64,000 bases of DNA, taken from NCBI RefSeq assembly GCF_006345805.1, contig NC_043020.1, positions 8,122,001 through 8,186,000 of the forward strand. Reading direction: 5' to 3'. Both the position numbers and the translations under genes were made by a program. Below the pieces are notes generated by a model. The model ran no database searches, was not told where the DNA came from, and saw nothing but the letters and a program-made list of their open reading frames with translations. Origin of the DNA: Octopus sinensis. Lineage: Eukaryota. Shown in pieces: positions 24,726 to 38,065 of the stretch (within the stretch, counting starts at the first letter, position 1; every line of letters begins with the position of its first letter).

Positions 24726-25363
24726 AGATTCAGAAAACTCTGAAGTACCAAAGGCCGAGGTGTATTGTGGCCAGGGCCACTTCAAGTTTGCTACCAGCAA
24801 ACAGGAAAATGAATCCGACTACCTAGAGACCTCCAACAAACTGGTGAAGATAATGCAGGCCGTTCAGTCAAGCCAGTGTGACAGCAAAGAGCAACAACAA
24901 CAACAACAGCAACCACAGCAAACAACAGCATCACTAACAACAACAGCAATGACAACAACAGTAACAACAACAACGACAACACCCACAATTCCACCAACAG
25001 CAGATAACGTCATGAAACAGGGCGTCGGCAATGGAACACTCCCAGGAACAGAAGACAAGACGATGGAGCGATTGCCGAATGTGGAGGGGGACCTGAACAG
25101 ACTATCATTGGAGACGGCAGACCATCAGAGCAACGGTATCGGTAGGGACGCGGGTGACAGTCTCCCCGAGCATACAACAGATGCCACCGTGAAACAGGCA
25201 GAAATGCAAAATGACCAAGTTGAAGAATCCGATAAGGACCTCCACCACAGACCGTCATCATCACCGTCAGCAGCATCAGAAGCACCACTGGTGTTGCAAC
25301 CACCAAGGAAACCCCACAAAATCGTTACCGATGAGACACATGGAACGGAAGTTGATAATGAAG
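24726..25363 (+). CDS. OXR1: OXR1/NCOA7-family large low-complexity exon (DSENSEVPK...VDNE; poly-Q and poly-T tracts), phase 2-1
   Basis: gttgcag acceptor and G|gttagt donor. 638 nt open frame, compatible with both flanking exons. Confidence 0.85.
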
Positions 25364-26691
25364 GTTAGTCGTTGGTTTTCGTAGTTTCTAACTCTTGGTT
25401 AAATGTTACAGAAATGGTTTTGTTGTTGTTGTTGTTTAACCCAAGGTCAATACTGATCTAACAGACCTGTGATTGACAATTCTTTCAGTATCTTCTTTAC
25501 ACAACTCCCTCACAACTCCCACCCCACCCACCCTTTTTTGTAATACAAGACCACATTGTCTAAAGTGGAGATGCATGGCTTAGTGGTTAGGGATGTTGGA
25601 CTCATGATTGTAAGATTATGATTTCAATTCCTGAATGGGGCAACGCATTGTGTTCTTGAGCAAAACACTTCATTTCATGTTGCCCCAGTCCACTCAGCTG
25701 ACAAAAATGAGTAATCCTGCGAAGGACTGGCTTCCCATCCAGGTGAGGAATTTATATGCCATAGAAACCAGGGAACTGACCTTTATGAGTCGGCATGATT
25801 CAAGAAGGTAACTTCTTTTTTTTTTTACACTGTCCAAAGTGTTGTTTTCCCATGGACCCTTTTGATACCATCCCACCTGAGACCACCTTTGGTTCTATGA
25901 TAAAAAACCTTCCAGTTTCTGAGTTTTATTGTTGGAAAACTTTTTAAAAAAAAGAGAGCCCCATGGCACTGTTGTGGCTGTGTGGTTAAGCAGTTTGCTT
26001 TGCAGCATCTTGGTTTGGGGTTCAGTCTCACTGTGCAGCACCTTGAGCAAGTGTTTTATCGCACTGGGTTGATCCAATGCTTTGTGAATTTGCTAGAGAG
26101 AAGACTGTGTGAAAACCTCTCGTGTGTGTCTTGGTTTGTTTAAGTTGCTGCTACCAAGTAGTTTTACAAAAAGAGACCGATTTGCTCCCACCAGTTCTCT
26201 TTCTCCACTGAATTTGAATCTAATGAAGATGAAATAACACAAAAGCCATATTCTACACACCTCTGTTTTGGGTTTTAAAGCTAGCTCCTTCAAGATGGGC
26301 CTCAAAATGTCCAGCTGTGTCACTTTTAAAAACAATGTGGGATCAGTTTCGATTTACTAAACCCTTTGTGGCAGTGCCTCCAATGTGGCTGCAGTGTAAT
26401 GCTGGAAATAAAAAGAGAATGTTTATGTGCATGTGTGCATCTGTATGTGCATGCGTGTGTGCATGTCTTTAGTCAAAATGTATTTGTGAAGTATGTAAAC
26501 TTCAAGGTGACCAATAATGGAAAGTTCTGTCTGGTCAATTTACCAAATTGGCAAAGAATGCCCCAAATTATCTCCCACTTTTTTCAAAGCTATTAGGTAC
26601 AAGACTTTAGCAAAAAATGTAATATAAAAAAAAAAAGGAAAAAAAACAACAGAAACCCTGTTTTTAATTGTTTTTCCTTGTTTCTCTGCAG

Positions 26692-27078
26692 ACTCTAATG
26701 TAGATGACCAAACAAGCAAAGAGACCCCAGAATTAAACTCTACATCAGCACAACCAAAGCTCTCACCAAAAGACCCCACAATCACCTCCTCTATGATGGA
26801 AGGGTCGCCCAAACTGAAAGCTATCTACAACTATGCTGCTGGCTTTTTCCAGAGTTCCGGTTCAGCAGAGAAGACAACGCCTGGCGCAGAGGGCACACCA
26901 GAGTCGCCGGTACCGTCGACAGGTGTCCCCTCGCAGCAGGGAAGTGACAATTTATCTACGAGCCCGACAAGCCCAAGAACCCCAGGTGTCGAATACACGA
27001 CCAAACGAGGCACTCGAGTGCGGGTGGTGTCGGCTGTCACGATGGAGGACACACCAAATTTATTCCAACCAGTAACGA
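26692..27078 (+). CDS. OXR1: OXR1/NCOA7-family exon (SNVDDQ...GSPKLKAIYNYAAGFF...NLFQPVT), phase 1-1
   Basis: tttctctgcag acceptor and gtgagt donor at 27079. 387 nt, open and S/T/P-rich. Confidence 0.85.
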
Positions 27079-27339
27079 GTGAGTATTTGAATAGGCTTCT
27101 CTCTTAATCCTCTTGATTGACTTCCTAACGTAAAGAACATTGTCATCGTCATCATCAACTGAACACTTGCCTCTAGCATAAGGACAGACATACCACATAT
27201 CTATTCTTTCATTGATGGCTTAAGCACATGGGCAGCTAATGCCACACTCTTCTTTATCTTCTTAATCAGGGTCTTGACCATAGCTTTTGACTAATGCCCA
27301 TTGTTCATCTCTCATTCATCAGTTTTCAGATAAATTTGA

Positions 27340-27675
27340 TGACTGGCAACTGCAAGCGGCCAGCCGTCCCGGTGGCACGTAAAAAGCACCATCCGACTGT
27401 GGCCGTTTGCCAGCCTCGCCTGGCCCCCGTGCCAGTGGCGTGTAAAAAGCACCATCCAACCGTGGCCGTTTGCCAGCCCCGTCTGGTACCTGTGCCGGTG
27501 GCACGTAAAAAGCACCCACTACACTCACGGAGTGGTTGGCGTTAGGAAGGGCATCCAGCCGTAGAAACATTGCCAGATCAGACTGGAGCCTGGTGCAGCC
27601 TTCGGGCTTCCCAGACCCCAGTTGCACCATCCAACCCATGCTAGCATGGAAAGCGGACACTAAATGATGATGATA
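27340..27675 (+). mobile_element. Family D repeat (5'-variable, GTTAGGAAGGGCATCCAGC motif, (GAT)n tail; probably a LINE 3' end) with internal 63-bp tandem units
   Basis: Units start at 27371, 27434 and 27497. Related copies at about 310-450 (-), 49060-49253 (+), 57320-57530 (+) and 59040-59135 (+). Confidence 0.7.
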
Positions 27676-28426
27676 ATAGAATATCTTATTGGTCTTTCCT
27701 TGGATCCAGCTGATATTGATGGCCATGATGAGCATAAGTGCAGCGGTCATCAGTTTGAATGTGGGTTTCACAATTAATTACATGTAAGGTCATGTGATCG
27801 AAATAAAAACAAAATTCACAAATATAAAAATACATGTTTCTGTTGTACCTGTATTTCGAAAGGGGCCGGCCTTGTCACACTCTGTGTCATGCTGAATCTC
27901 CCCGTGAACTACGTTAAGGGAACATGTGTCTGTGGAGCACTCAGCCACTTGCACGTTAATTTCATGAGCAGGTTGTTCCGTTGATCGGATCAACTGGAAC
28001 CTTTGTCATCATAACCGACAGAGTTCCACAACGATGTGTATGTGAGTATATATATATAGATATATATATATATATATATTGACGTTAGGAAGGGCATCCA
28101 GCTGTAGAAACTCTGCCAGATCAAGACTGAACCTGGTGCAGCCATCTGGTTCGCCAGCCCACAGTCAAACCGTCCAACCCATGCTAGCATGGAAAACGGA
28201 CGTTAAATGAGGATGATCATCATCGTTGTTTAATGTCCGCTTTCCATGCTAGCATGGGTTGGACGGTTTGACTGTGGGCTGGCGAACCAGATGGCTGCAC
28301 CAGGTTCAGTCTTGATCTGGCAGAGTTTCTACAGCTGGATGCCCTTCCTAACGCCAATATATATATACACACACATTCATTTTGTATATATATATATATA
28401 TAAATATATATATATATTATATATAT

Positions 28427-28483
<57 letters not shown>

Positions 28484-28509
28484 ATATATATTATATATAT
28501 ATATAATAT

Positions 28510-28567
<58 letters not shown>

Positions 28568-29058
28568 TCATTTTGTATACTTATATTAGGTCTCACTACA
28601 CACATTATGATAATGCATACCCCGTCATCTTCTATTTTCAATTCCTTATCTTTTCATTAAGCAGTTGCAGCTTCCTTTCTTAGTCATATTTGTTAAGTCT
28701 TTCACCTTCCACATATTCGTTAGCTCTTTGCTTCGCCCTCTGTATAAGTACCCAGAGGAAATAACTCACCTCTAATAAGGTTTATTATATAATCAGTTGT
28801 GCCACTCATAACCCTGTTTAACCTGTAATGCGGCATGAGAAACACTTGCTTGTACCGTGGCTACAGTACAACATGGTTGACTTAGCTGCCCAGTAGTTGT
28901 TTAGTGTAAGGGCTGAAGAACCTTTCAGGAACAATGTATTATAACTAACCGACTATATCATTTCATGTGTAATTCACTTTACTTTATGTCTTGAGTTCTG
29001 TAATTTCCTTTTTATGTAAATGTCTTTAACTTACTATGTGTATGTACATGTATTTGTG

Positions 29059-29107
<49 letters not shown>

Positions 29108-29958
29108 TTAAAAAAGGAGATGTGGAACACGAGTTGTGATATATAAAAAAAGGGAAATGAAGAAAATGTTGACAAAATAATTTAAGTAAGGGAGAGTGTA
29201 TTTAATTAGGTGAAAGTTCTTTTTACCGGTTGCGCATTTGTTATGCTTATCAAAAGATATTTTTTTAAGAGAGATAGAGTTCCTTTCTGATAGATTTTTT
29301 TATCAGAAAGGAACTCTATCTCTCTTTAAAAAATATCTTTTGATAAGCATAACAAATGCGCAACCGGCAAAAAGAACTTTCACCTAATTAAATACACTCT
29401 CCCTTACTTAAATTATTTTGTCAGCATTTTCTTCATTTCCCTTTATATATATATATATATATATATACATACACACACACATATATAGATACTTGACTGT
29501 AATTAACGATATTACATTTGATATGTCTTCATTCATTTATATGCCTTTATTATTTTCTTTCTCTTACTATCCCTCTCTTTCGCTGTACCAGAGGATGATG
29601 GTTAGTATGACACTATACGTAACTTTAAACAACACTTTTCTCCGTAGTTGTGCACATCTGGGCTCTTTACTAATTGCTGTAGCTTTTTATCAATGGCACC
29701 TCTTTTTAGATATTTCAATATTCTGTGGCCGTTAGTTCTCATTCCCTTTCTTTCCTTTACTTATCCTCTCTTTCTTTTGCATAATACATGTATGTAGTTG
29801 CAATTGTAATCTCTCTCTCTCTCTCTCTCTCTGTAAGTCATTTACTCTGTTTCTCCTAATCTTTCTTTCCCTCTCTTTTCACCCCCACTCTCCGAATACA
29901 AATAAATATTTGTCACTCCTTGACACTACTGTCTACTCTCTCTTTCTCCCATTTCTCC

Positions 29959-30005
<47 letters not shown>

Positions 30006-30147
30006 TTGTCTGTCTGTCCATCTCTCTGTATGTCTATCTGTTTATCTATGCCTTTGTCCATCTCTCTGTCTATCTGTCTATATATCTATCTCTCTGTCCA
30101 TCTCTCTGTCTGTCAGCATCTGTCTCTCTCTTCCTCTCTCTCCTCCT

Positions 30148-30209
<62 letters not shown>

Positions 30210-30599
30210 ATCTTTCCTTGCTTGGCTTGTAGTTTTTAGGCTGAAAGGTATGTTGTCTCAAAAGCAATTGCATGTTTCTTGTGATGTTCTTTTTATATAC
30301 TTCACTGGCAATACCAATCACAACCCACCAACATGCCCCTTGCATCCACCACCACCACCACCACAACCACCACCACCACCACCACAACCATTACAACTTC
30401 TGTCATCACAACTGATGTCACCACCACTACCATTTTTTATTATTATTATTATTATTATTGTCCATCCACTGAAATTCCTCATGTATGTTTAGTCTAAAAG
30501 TTTAATCTCAGGGAAAAAAGAGGCCCTTGTTGACCTCCATGTCACTTTAAGTTTAGAATCCTTTCACAGATAACACAACGGTGGGATCCAATCAAACTC

Positions 30600-31870
30600 G
30601 TAGAAGCAACACCACCACCACCACACTACAACCTCTACTGTTCTACCACCATCATCGTTACATCACCACCACACATCCCTACCACCATTATTACACTACC
30701 ACCTTACTGCGCCACCACCATCACTACACTATTAACAACAACACTATCAACACCATTACTACACTACAGCCTCTACTATGCCACTACCATCACCACTACA
30801 TCACCACCACATCTCCACCAACATTATTACACTACCACCTATACTACACCACCACCATCTCTACACCACTAACAACACCACCACCACCATTACTACACTA
30901 CAGCCTCTACTATAGCACCACCTTCACCACTATGTCACCAGCATTTCCCCACCACTATTATTACACTACCACCTATACTATGCCACCACCATCACTACAC
31001 CACTAACAACACCACCACCACCATTACTACACTACAGCCTCTACTATAGCACCACCTTCACCACTATGTCACCAGCATTTCCCCACCACTATTATTACAC
31101 TACCACCTATACTATGCCACCACCATCACTACACCACTAACAACACCACCACCACCACCACCATTAACTACACTACAGCCTCTACTATAGCACCACCTTC
31201 ACCACTATGTCACCAGCATTTCCCCACCACTATTATTACACTACTACCTATACTATGCCACCACCATCAATCACTACACCACTAACAACACCACCACCAC
31301 CACCATTACTACACTACAGCCTCTACTATAGCACCACCTTCACCACTATGTCACCAGCATTTCCCCACCACTATTATTACACTACCACCTATACTATGCC
31401 ACCACCATCACCACCATTACTACACTACAGCCTCTACTATAGCACCACCTTCACCACTATGTCACCAGCATTTCCCCACCACTATTATTACGCTACCCCC
31501 TATACTATGCCACCACCATCACTACACCACTAACAACACCACCACCACCATTACTAAACTACCACCACCACCATCACCACTACATCAACACCACCACCAT
31601 CACCACTACACCAACACCATTATTGTACTACAACCTCTACTATGCCACCACCATCACCACTATGCCACCACTACACCATTCCTACACTATCACCTCTACA
31701 CCACCACCACCACCACCACCACCATCACTACACCACTAACACACCACCACCACCATCACCACTACACCAACACCATTATTGTACTACAACCTCTACTATG
31801 CCACCACCATCACCACTATGCCACCACTACACCATTCCTACACTATCACCTCTACACCACCAACACCTTT
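30600..31870. repeat. CAC/TAC-rich compound minisatellite
   Basis: CAGCCTCTACTATAGCACC recurs at 30901, 31035, 31176, 31317 and 31428. A second unit type occurs twice at about 31600-31860. Confidence 0.85.
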
Positions 31871-32468
31871 GCTGACATAAAATTCCACATCAATTTTGGT
31901 TCTGCTCACAGCGCCACACCATTCTACCCTACACTGCACCAAAACTGCAGCTGACCATGCTCTGGACATGGTCCTCATGAGAACATGTCAGGGCATGAGC
32001 ATGTGTCTTGTCCATGATCTTTTGTTTCTTTTGTCTAATCTCTCATCTGTATTTAAAGAGTCTCAAGGTGTCATAACTGTATTTTCTTGTGTTTTTCTTT
32101 CTTTGTTGTTGGGTTTTTTTTTTGCATGGGATGCTGGCGGGAGTGGGGGTTGTGACTCCAAGCATCAACATCATTCCCCACCAAATGCTTTGGGTTTTTT
32201 TTGAGGGTTTTTTCTTTTCTTTTTTGTTGTTGTTTTAAGATAAAGGGTTGGTGCAGGTGTGGCTGTGTGGTAAGAAGTTTACTTCTCAACCTCATGGTGA
32301 TAGTGTAGTAATGGTGGTGGTGGTGGTGGGTTCAGCTTCACTGCACAGCACCTTCAGCAAATGTCTTCCACTAAAGCCCTGGGCCAACCAAATCCTTGTG
32401 AGTCGGTTTGGTAGCCGGAAACTGAAAGCTTGTCACGTGTGTGTGCATATATATATATATATATATAT

Positions 32469-32878
32469 AGGCGCAGGAGTGGCTGTGTGGTAAGTAGCTT
32501 GCTTACCAACCACATGGTTCTGAGTTCAGTCCCACTGCATGGTACCTTGGGCAAGTGTCTTCTGCTATAGCCTCAGGCCGACCAAAGCCTTGTGAGTGGA
32601 TTTGGTAGACGGAAACTGAAAGAAGCCCGTCGTATATATGTATATATGTGTGCGTGTATGTTTGTGTGTCTGTGTTTGTCCCCCCAACATCGCTTGACAA
32701 CAGATGCTGGTGTGTTTACATCCCTGTAACTTAGTGGTTTGGCAAAAGAGACCGATAGAATAAGTACTAGGCTTACAAAGAATAAGTCCTGAAGTAGATT
32801 TGCTCGACTAAAGGTGGTGCTCCAGCATGACTGCAGTCAAATGGCTGAAACAAGTAAAAGAGAGTAAAGAGTAAGAGT
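32469..32878 (+). mobile_element. SINE family A, between older family-A-like fragments (about 32258-32435 and 32890-33115)
   Basis: Same family sequence, with diverged homologous pieces on both sides. Confidence 0.88.
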
Positions 32879-33639
32879 ATATATATATATATGCACACTC
32901 ACACATTTGTGTTTGTTCCTCACCACTTGACAATCAATGCTGGTTTTTTTACGTCCCTCTAACGTAGCAGTTTGGAAAGAGAGACTGATAGAATAAGTAA
33001 CAGGCTTTAAAAATGAATTTTTAAAAAAACAAGTGCTGGAGTTGATTTGTTTGGCTAAAACCCTCTGGTGCAGTGCTCCAGCATGGCCTCAGTCCAACAG
33101 GCAAAACATAAAAGGTAATCAATCATTCAAAGGTCAGTCTTTTGTCATTAAGACAGATGAATGACCCAATGACAACACCTGTTCCCATCCATTTTGTCTT
33201 TGTTTCCTTGGAGTTATATCTCCTTTGCTATTTTTTTGGTTTGGTTTTTGCTTTGAAGCACCTCCACAGGGAGTTTTTGCATTCTAATTGCATGGATTAT
33301 CTCTGTTAAGAGATGTTTAAATTGTGAATATTGTAGAATAGGTTGAGTTATTATCAAAAGTCTCTTCATTGCTTCGTACAGTCTTTGTTGTTTGGTTAGA
33401 GGTTGTAGTGGTGGGAGGTGTTAGTGTTGGTTGTTTAGCCCAAGGTCAACCCTGGTTGAGTACACCTCTGATCAAAAGCATTCCAATCATGACCCAACTC
33501 ATCTTTTCAGGATTATACCTAAGACAACATTATCTAACATGTTCCTATGTATCCCAAGGTGGAAGGGAGATGTTTTGATAAAGATTTAGCTGTTATTTCT
33601 TCCATATCAAGTGATAAGAGAGTTTCCCTTGTTGATGGC

Positions 33640-33665
33640 GGTGGCGGCAGCAGTCACGGTGGTGA

Positions 33666-33696
<31 letters not shown>

Positions 33697-33733
33697 TGTG
33701 GTGATGGTAGTAGTAGTAGTAGTAGTTGTGGTA

Positions 33734-33770
<37 letters not shown>

Positions 33771-33892
33771 TTGTGGTAGTGGTGGTAGTAGTGGTAGTTG
33801 TGGTAGTGGTGGTAGTAGTAGTAGTAGTGGTAGTGGTGGTAGTAGTAGTAGTGGTAGTGGTGGTAGTAGTAGTAGTAATAGTGGTAGTTGTG

Positions 33893-33927
<35 letters not shown>

Positions 33928-33930
33928 GTA
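33640..33930. repeat. (GTA/GTG)n trinucleotide tract
   Basis: Direct inspection. It explains the poly-V, poly-T and poly-SG ORFs. Confidence 0.9.
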
Positions 33931-34394
33931 CTCTGTCAACTTTTGTATTAAATCACAATATTTTGATATCTGGAAATCCTGTCAGCCTCATTCTTTAAAC
34001 AATTGCCATTTTTACTTCTTTTTGTGTTTTTTTTTACAGGTCCCCCCCCCCACACACACACACACTCCTTCTCTTTCTTTCTCTCTTTTCTCTCTCACCT
34101 ACTGCTCTCTTCCATTTCCTCTTTTCACTTTCCTCTCTCTCTTACTCTGGTCTTTTCCTTCTTCCCCACACCCTGCCCAACCTTCTACTACTACTACTAC
34201 TATTATGAAAACAACCATGTCAAACTCATTTTTAAAGAAGCAACACCCAGCAATTCCAATGACATGTTTTGAGGGGAGGGGATTTTTTTTTAAATAGGTC
34301 GTTGGGTGATTTCTGAAAACTTACCTCTTCCTAGTATAGAGTTGTTGTTTTAGGGTATAAAAGAGATCAGTCCCCTTTCACCATATTGGAACAT

Positions 34395-34612
34395 TCAAAG
34401 GAGAGGGGCTTTCTCCGGCCGGGTTGCGGATCCGTGGAATAAGCTGCCGGACGAGATAGTGAAGATGCCGACGACCACTCGGTTCAAAGTGTCTCTTGAC
34501 CAGAAATGGCCTGAACTCTTTGCATTAACACCCTCCCTGTACATAACTCCATGTCCCCCTACATGGCCTTGCGTTTTGCTTTTTGAGCCAAAAAATTAAC
34601 TTAACTTAACTA
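34395..34612 (+). mobile_element. CR1-type LINE 3' end, different family, (TAACT)n tail
   Basis: Reads RRGAFSGRVADPWNKLPDEIVKMPTTTRFKVSLDQKW. Confidence 0.7.
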
Positions 34613-34613
34613 T

Positions 34614-34786
34614 AGGCGCAGGAGTGGCTGTGTGGTAAGTAGCTTGCTAACCAACCACATGGTTGCGGGTTCAGTCCCACTGCGTGACATCTTGGGCAAG
34701 TGTCTTCTGCTATAGCCCCGGGTCGACCAATTGCCTTGTGAGTGGATTTGGTAGACGGAAACTGAAAGAAGCCTGTCGTATATATG

Positions 34787-34822
<36 letters not shown>

Positions 34823-35001
34823 ATTGTGTGTCTGTGTTTACATCCCCGTCACTTAGCGGTTCGGCAAAAGAGACCGATAGAATAAGTACTGGGCTTACAA
34901 AAGAATAAGTCCCGGGGTCGATTTGCTCGACTAAAGGCGGTGCTCCAGCATGGCCGCAGTCAAATGACTGAAACAAATAAAAGAGTAAAAGAGTAAAGAG
35001 T
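34614..35001 (+). mobile_element. SINE family A, directly after a CR1-type LINE tail
   Basis: Same family sequence. Confidence 0.9.
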
Positions 35002-36244
35002 ATCTGCTTTTCATTCTTATGTGGAAGGGACATGACATGTTCAACCATTGATCAGGCAGTCCATCCATTGCCAGCCCTCTTTGAAAGGCAGGTTTTGCAT
35101 GCCATGGTTTCTGATGTGGATAGATGCAATGTGGCTTCACCACCTGTAGATTTTCCTGGACTCTGAGCAAGTTGGTCTCCGTTTGCAAGACTCATTTTTC
35201 TGCAGCTCATTCCCTTGACAGAGTTGATATCCTGGGTCAAGAAAAGGTCTCAATTGCGTGTGCCTGGTGCCGGGGAATATCATCAGGGGCTCACACCACC
35301 CTCTGCCACTTGGGCATTGTGTTTGGTTAAAGCTTCTATGTCAGTAATATGTAAAGATCTAGTGTTGGGCTAAAGCAATGAAGTTGTTGGGAAAACTCTA
35401 GGTGTTGACGGAGATGAGCCACTGATCCATTTCAGATTTCTTTCAAGCCAGAGACTACCATAGATAACTTAGAGAAATCCCTCGCCTGGCAGTGCTACCA
35501 ACAGGTACTACTAGTTAAGATAAACTCTACAGGTATGAAAGTGCCATTGGATAGGACTGTCCAAGATATGACTTGTGCAGTCTCTGAGCATTGCTGATTT
35601 GTGGAGTTATGTTGAAAAGCTGTCTGCACATGCAGGACGTAACCAGTTATCAGCTGTGTTCATTGTGAGAATTGTCCCACCACCCACCTTTAACAAGAAA
35701 GGGCAATTGGTGTTCCTCTCTCTCGGGGTTATGGCTAAAGAAGTTGTGTGCTAGACAAGGCAGAAAAAATTGCGGACAAACGCTTCCTCTTCGATCAAGC
35801 CCTAATCGATTTTTTTTTTTGAAATTCCATTTGGAAAGGAAAAATGAGGCTGGAGAGGGAAGTAATCTCCCAGTGAGTTCGTCAAGAGGTGAGTAACTAC
35901 AGCAAGAATGAATAGAACTACTCAAAGATTGGAGAACAACAGGTGGGTGAGGGCTCATGTCCCAAGTAGCCTGGATGATCCTAGATTTGTGGGGTTCCTT
36001 TGTGGGCTAAAGTAAGAGTTTCTTCTGTAACTGGAGGACTGCATCATTCATACTTTCACATACTTTGTATTTTATGTTTATTTTTCATCTCATTTCGCCT
36101 CCTCTCTATTTCTTCCCCTCATCTTTTATGTAAACCTCAACACATATTATTATAAGCTGTCCTTGTATTGTCATCCCTCATCTAATACCCCAGCTGGCAG
36201 AATCGTTAGCACGCTGGACAAAATGCTTTGTGGTATTTTGTCTC

Positions 36245-36479
36245 AAAGGCGGCGAGCTGGCAGAAACATTAGTGCGCCGGGCGAAATGCTTAGCAGCATT
36301 TCGTCTGTCGCAACGTTGTGAGTTCAAATTCCGCCGAGGTCGACTTTGCCTTTCATCCTTTCGGGGTCGATAAATTAAGTACCAGTTACGCACTGGGGTC
36401 AGTGTAATCGACTTAATACCTATGTCTGTCCTTGTTTGTCCCCTCTATGTTTAGCCCCTTGTGGGTAATAAAGAAATAA
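36245..36479 (+). mobile_element. Young SINE B nested in an older B-type SINE (about 36190-36645)
   Basis: 11-bp TSD GTATTTTGTCT at 36233-36243 and 36480-36490. The older element is continuous across it. Confidence 0.88.
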
Positions 36480-37223
36480 GTATTTTGTCTACCGCTACAT
36501 TCTGAGTTCAAATTCCATCAAGGTTGACTTTGCCTTTCATCCTTTCGGGGCCGATAAATTAAATACCAGTCCAGTACTGGGGTCAGTGTAATCGACTATA
36601 CCCCTCCCCACAAATTCCAGGCTTTGTGCCTATAATAGAAAGGATTGTTGTTGTTGTTATTATTATTATTGTTATTATCATCATCTTTATTACGTTAACC
36701 ATATCAAATCTTGGTTAATCCAATTAATACTTGCTTAATTCCTTTGCTATTTTCAGCTAATTTTAGTTATTCCTGTAATCATAATATTACTGACCTCCTA
36801 ATTAGTTCAATCACCTGTGCCACCATCTCACTTAAATCTGTTAACTTTTAGCCTAATCCTAACTGTTAGTACTGGGTTAATTATTAATAAGTTAGTGCTA
36901 ATTATGTAGTGTTAATTATGCCACTAATTTACCTAACGATCCTTTACATTTTCTACTTGAACCTTGTCAAAGTCAACTTTACATTTTAATCTTTACAGGG
37001 TCAATAAAATGCAGTACCAGTAAAATACGGTGGGGTGGGATCACTATAACTCCTACCACCACCACCACCACCGTTGGTATCATTGGTGTATTTGGATTAA
37101 ATGACAACCCATTTCTTATTGATTATTTGTTGTTGTTGTTGTTATTTGTTTATTTAGCTACAGGAATGGCTATGTGGTTTCAAGTTCAGTCCCACTGTGT
37201 GGAACCATGAGCAAATGTCTTAA

Positions 37224-37444
37224 CCCTTTAGTGTTCAGATTATTCTGTCAAATGTGATGTTTATTTATCTAAAATGGTTTGAATTAATCATGCATTGTCT
37301 TGTAGTTTAGAGATTGCAGTGATGTGATTATTTTAGTTTTAGAATGACATGGTAGGGCTGAGGTGAGAGGCGAGATCTGGTCAGTTTCAATATAAAACAG
37401 GTTAAATATTTTGGCCGGATATAGCCGGTTTGAATGCTAAAGGG
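37224..37444. mobile_element. piggyBac-type MITE (second family)
   Basis: TTAA|CCCTTTAG ... CTAAAGGG|TTAA. Confidence 0.7.
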
Positions 37445-37672
37445 TTAAGCCAACCACAGCCTTATGAATAGCTAGGGCAGACAGTGTGTGTGTATGTTTG
37501 TGTTTGTTTGTTTGTTGGCAAAGAAAAGCAGGATCAGTGTGCTATGCAAAAGTATCTTGTGATATTTGGTTTGCATCCCTTTGCAGTAAGGTCCACAGTG
37601 CTGTTTTACATGGTGAGGTCACTAAAGTAAATCCCAGACAATCCACTGAGCTGGACTTATATAATTATGATG

Positions 37673-37674
<2 letters not shown>

Positions 37675-37709
<35 letters not shown>

Positions 37710-38065
37710 AATTATTGTATATAGTGCTCAGGTGCACCGCAACTTGTCAAAAGTGCATATAAAGCATATGCAGTAATGTACAAATGTCTGGAAAGTGGAC
37801 AGTGTATGAGTCAGATACATGCTTGCATGTGTATGGAGGGGAGAAAATCAGGTGTAGTGTTGGCGTATCTCAGGAAGCATGGAAGTTTTGAAGGATGCAG
37901 TGCTCCGACAACTAACAACTGATGCTGGCAGTCTGTTCCATACTTCAGCAACTCTTAGCGTGAAAAAATGTTTCCGAAAGTCATGGGATCTGTGTTGTTT
38001 TCTGACTTTGTAAATATGTCTAACATGGGTGTTAGACAGGTGGAGTTTGAAAAGGTGCTCAGAGT
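37675..38065 (-). mobile_element. CR1-type LINE 3' end with (ATT)n tail
   Basis: High similarity to 12025-12368. Confidence 0.8.

Noticed and set aside
28905-28945. CTGAAGA with a short stem
   Set aside because: No GAAA and no helix I complement.
30581-31875. Extensin-like His/Tyr/Pro/Thr ORFs
   Set aside because: They are products of the CAC/TAC minisatellite, with no splice sites linking them to the gene.
33547-34297. Poly-Val, poly-Thr and Ser/Gly ORFs
   Set aside because: They are open on both strands only because of a stop-poor trinucleotide repeat.
35040-35960. Possible degraded RTE- and Tx1-type LINE coding remnants
   Set aside because: The motif similarity is too frameshifted and weak to delimit or classify without a profile search.
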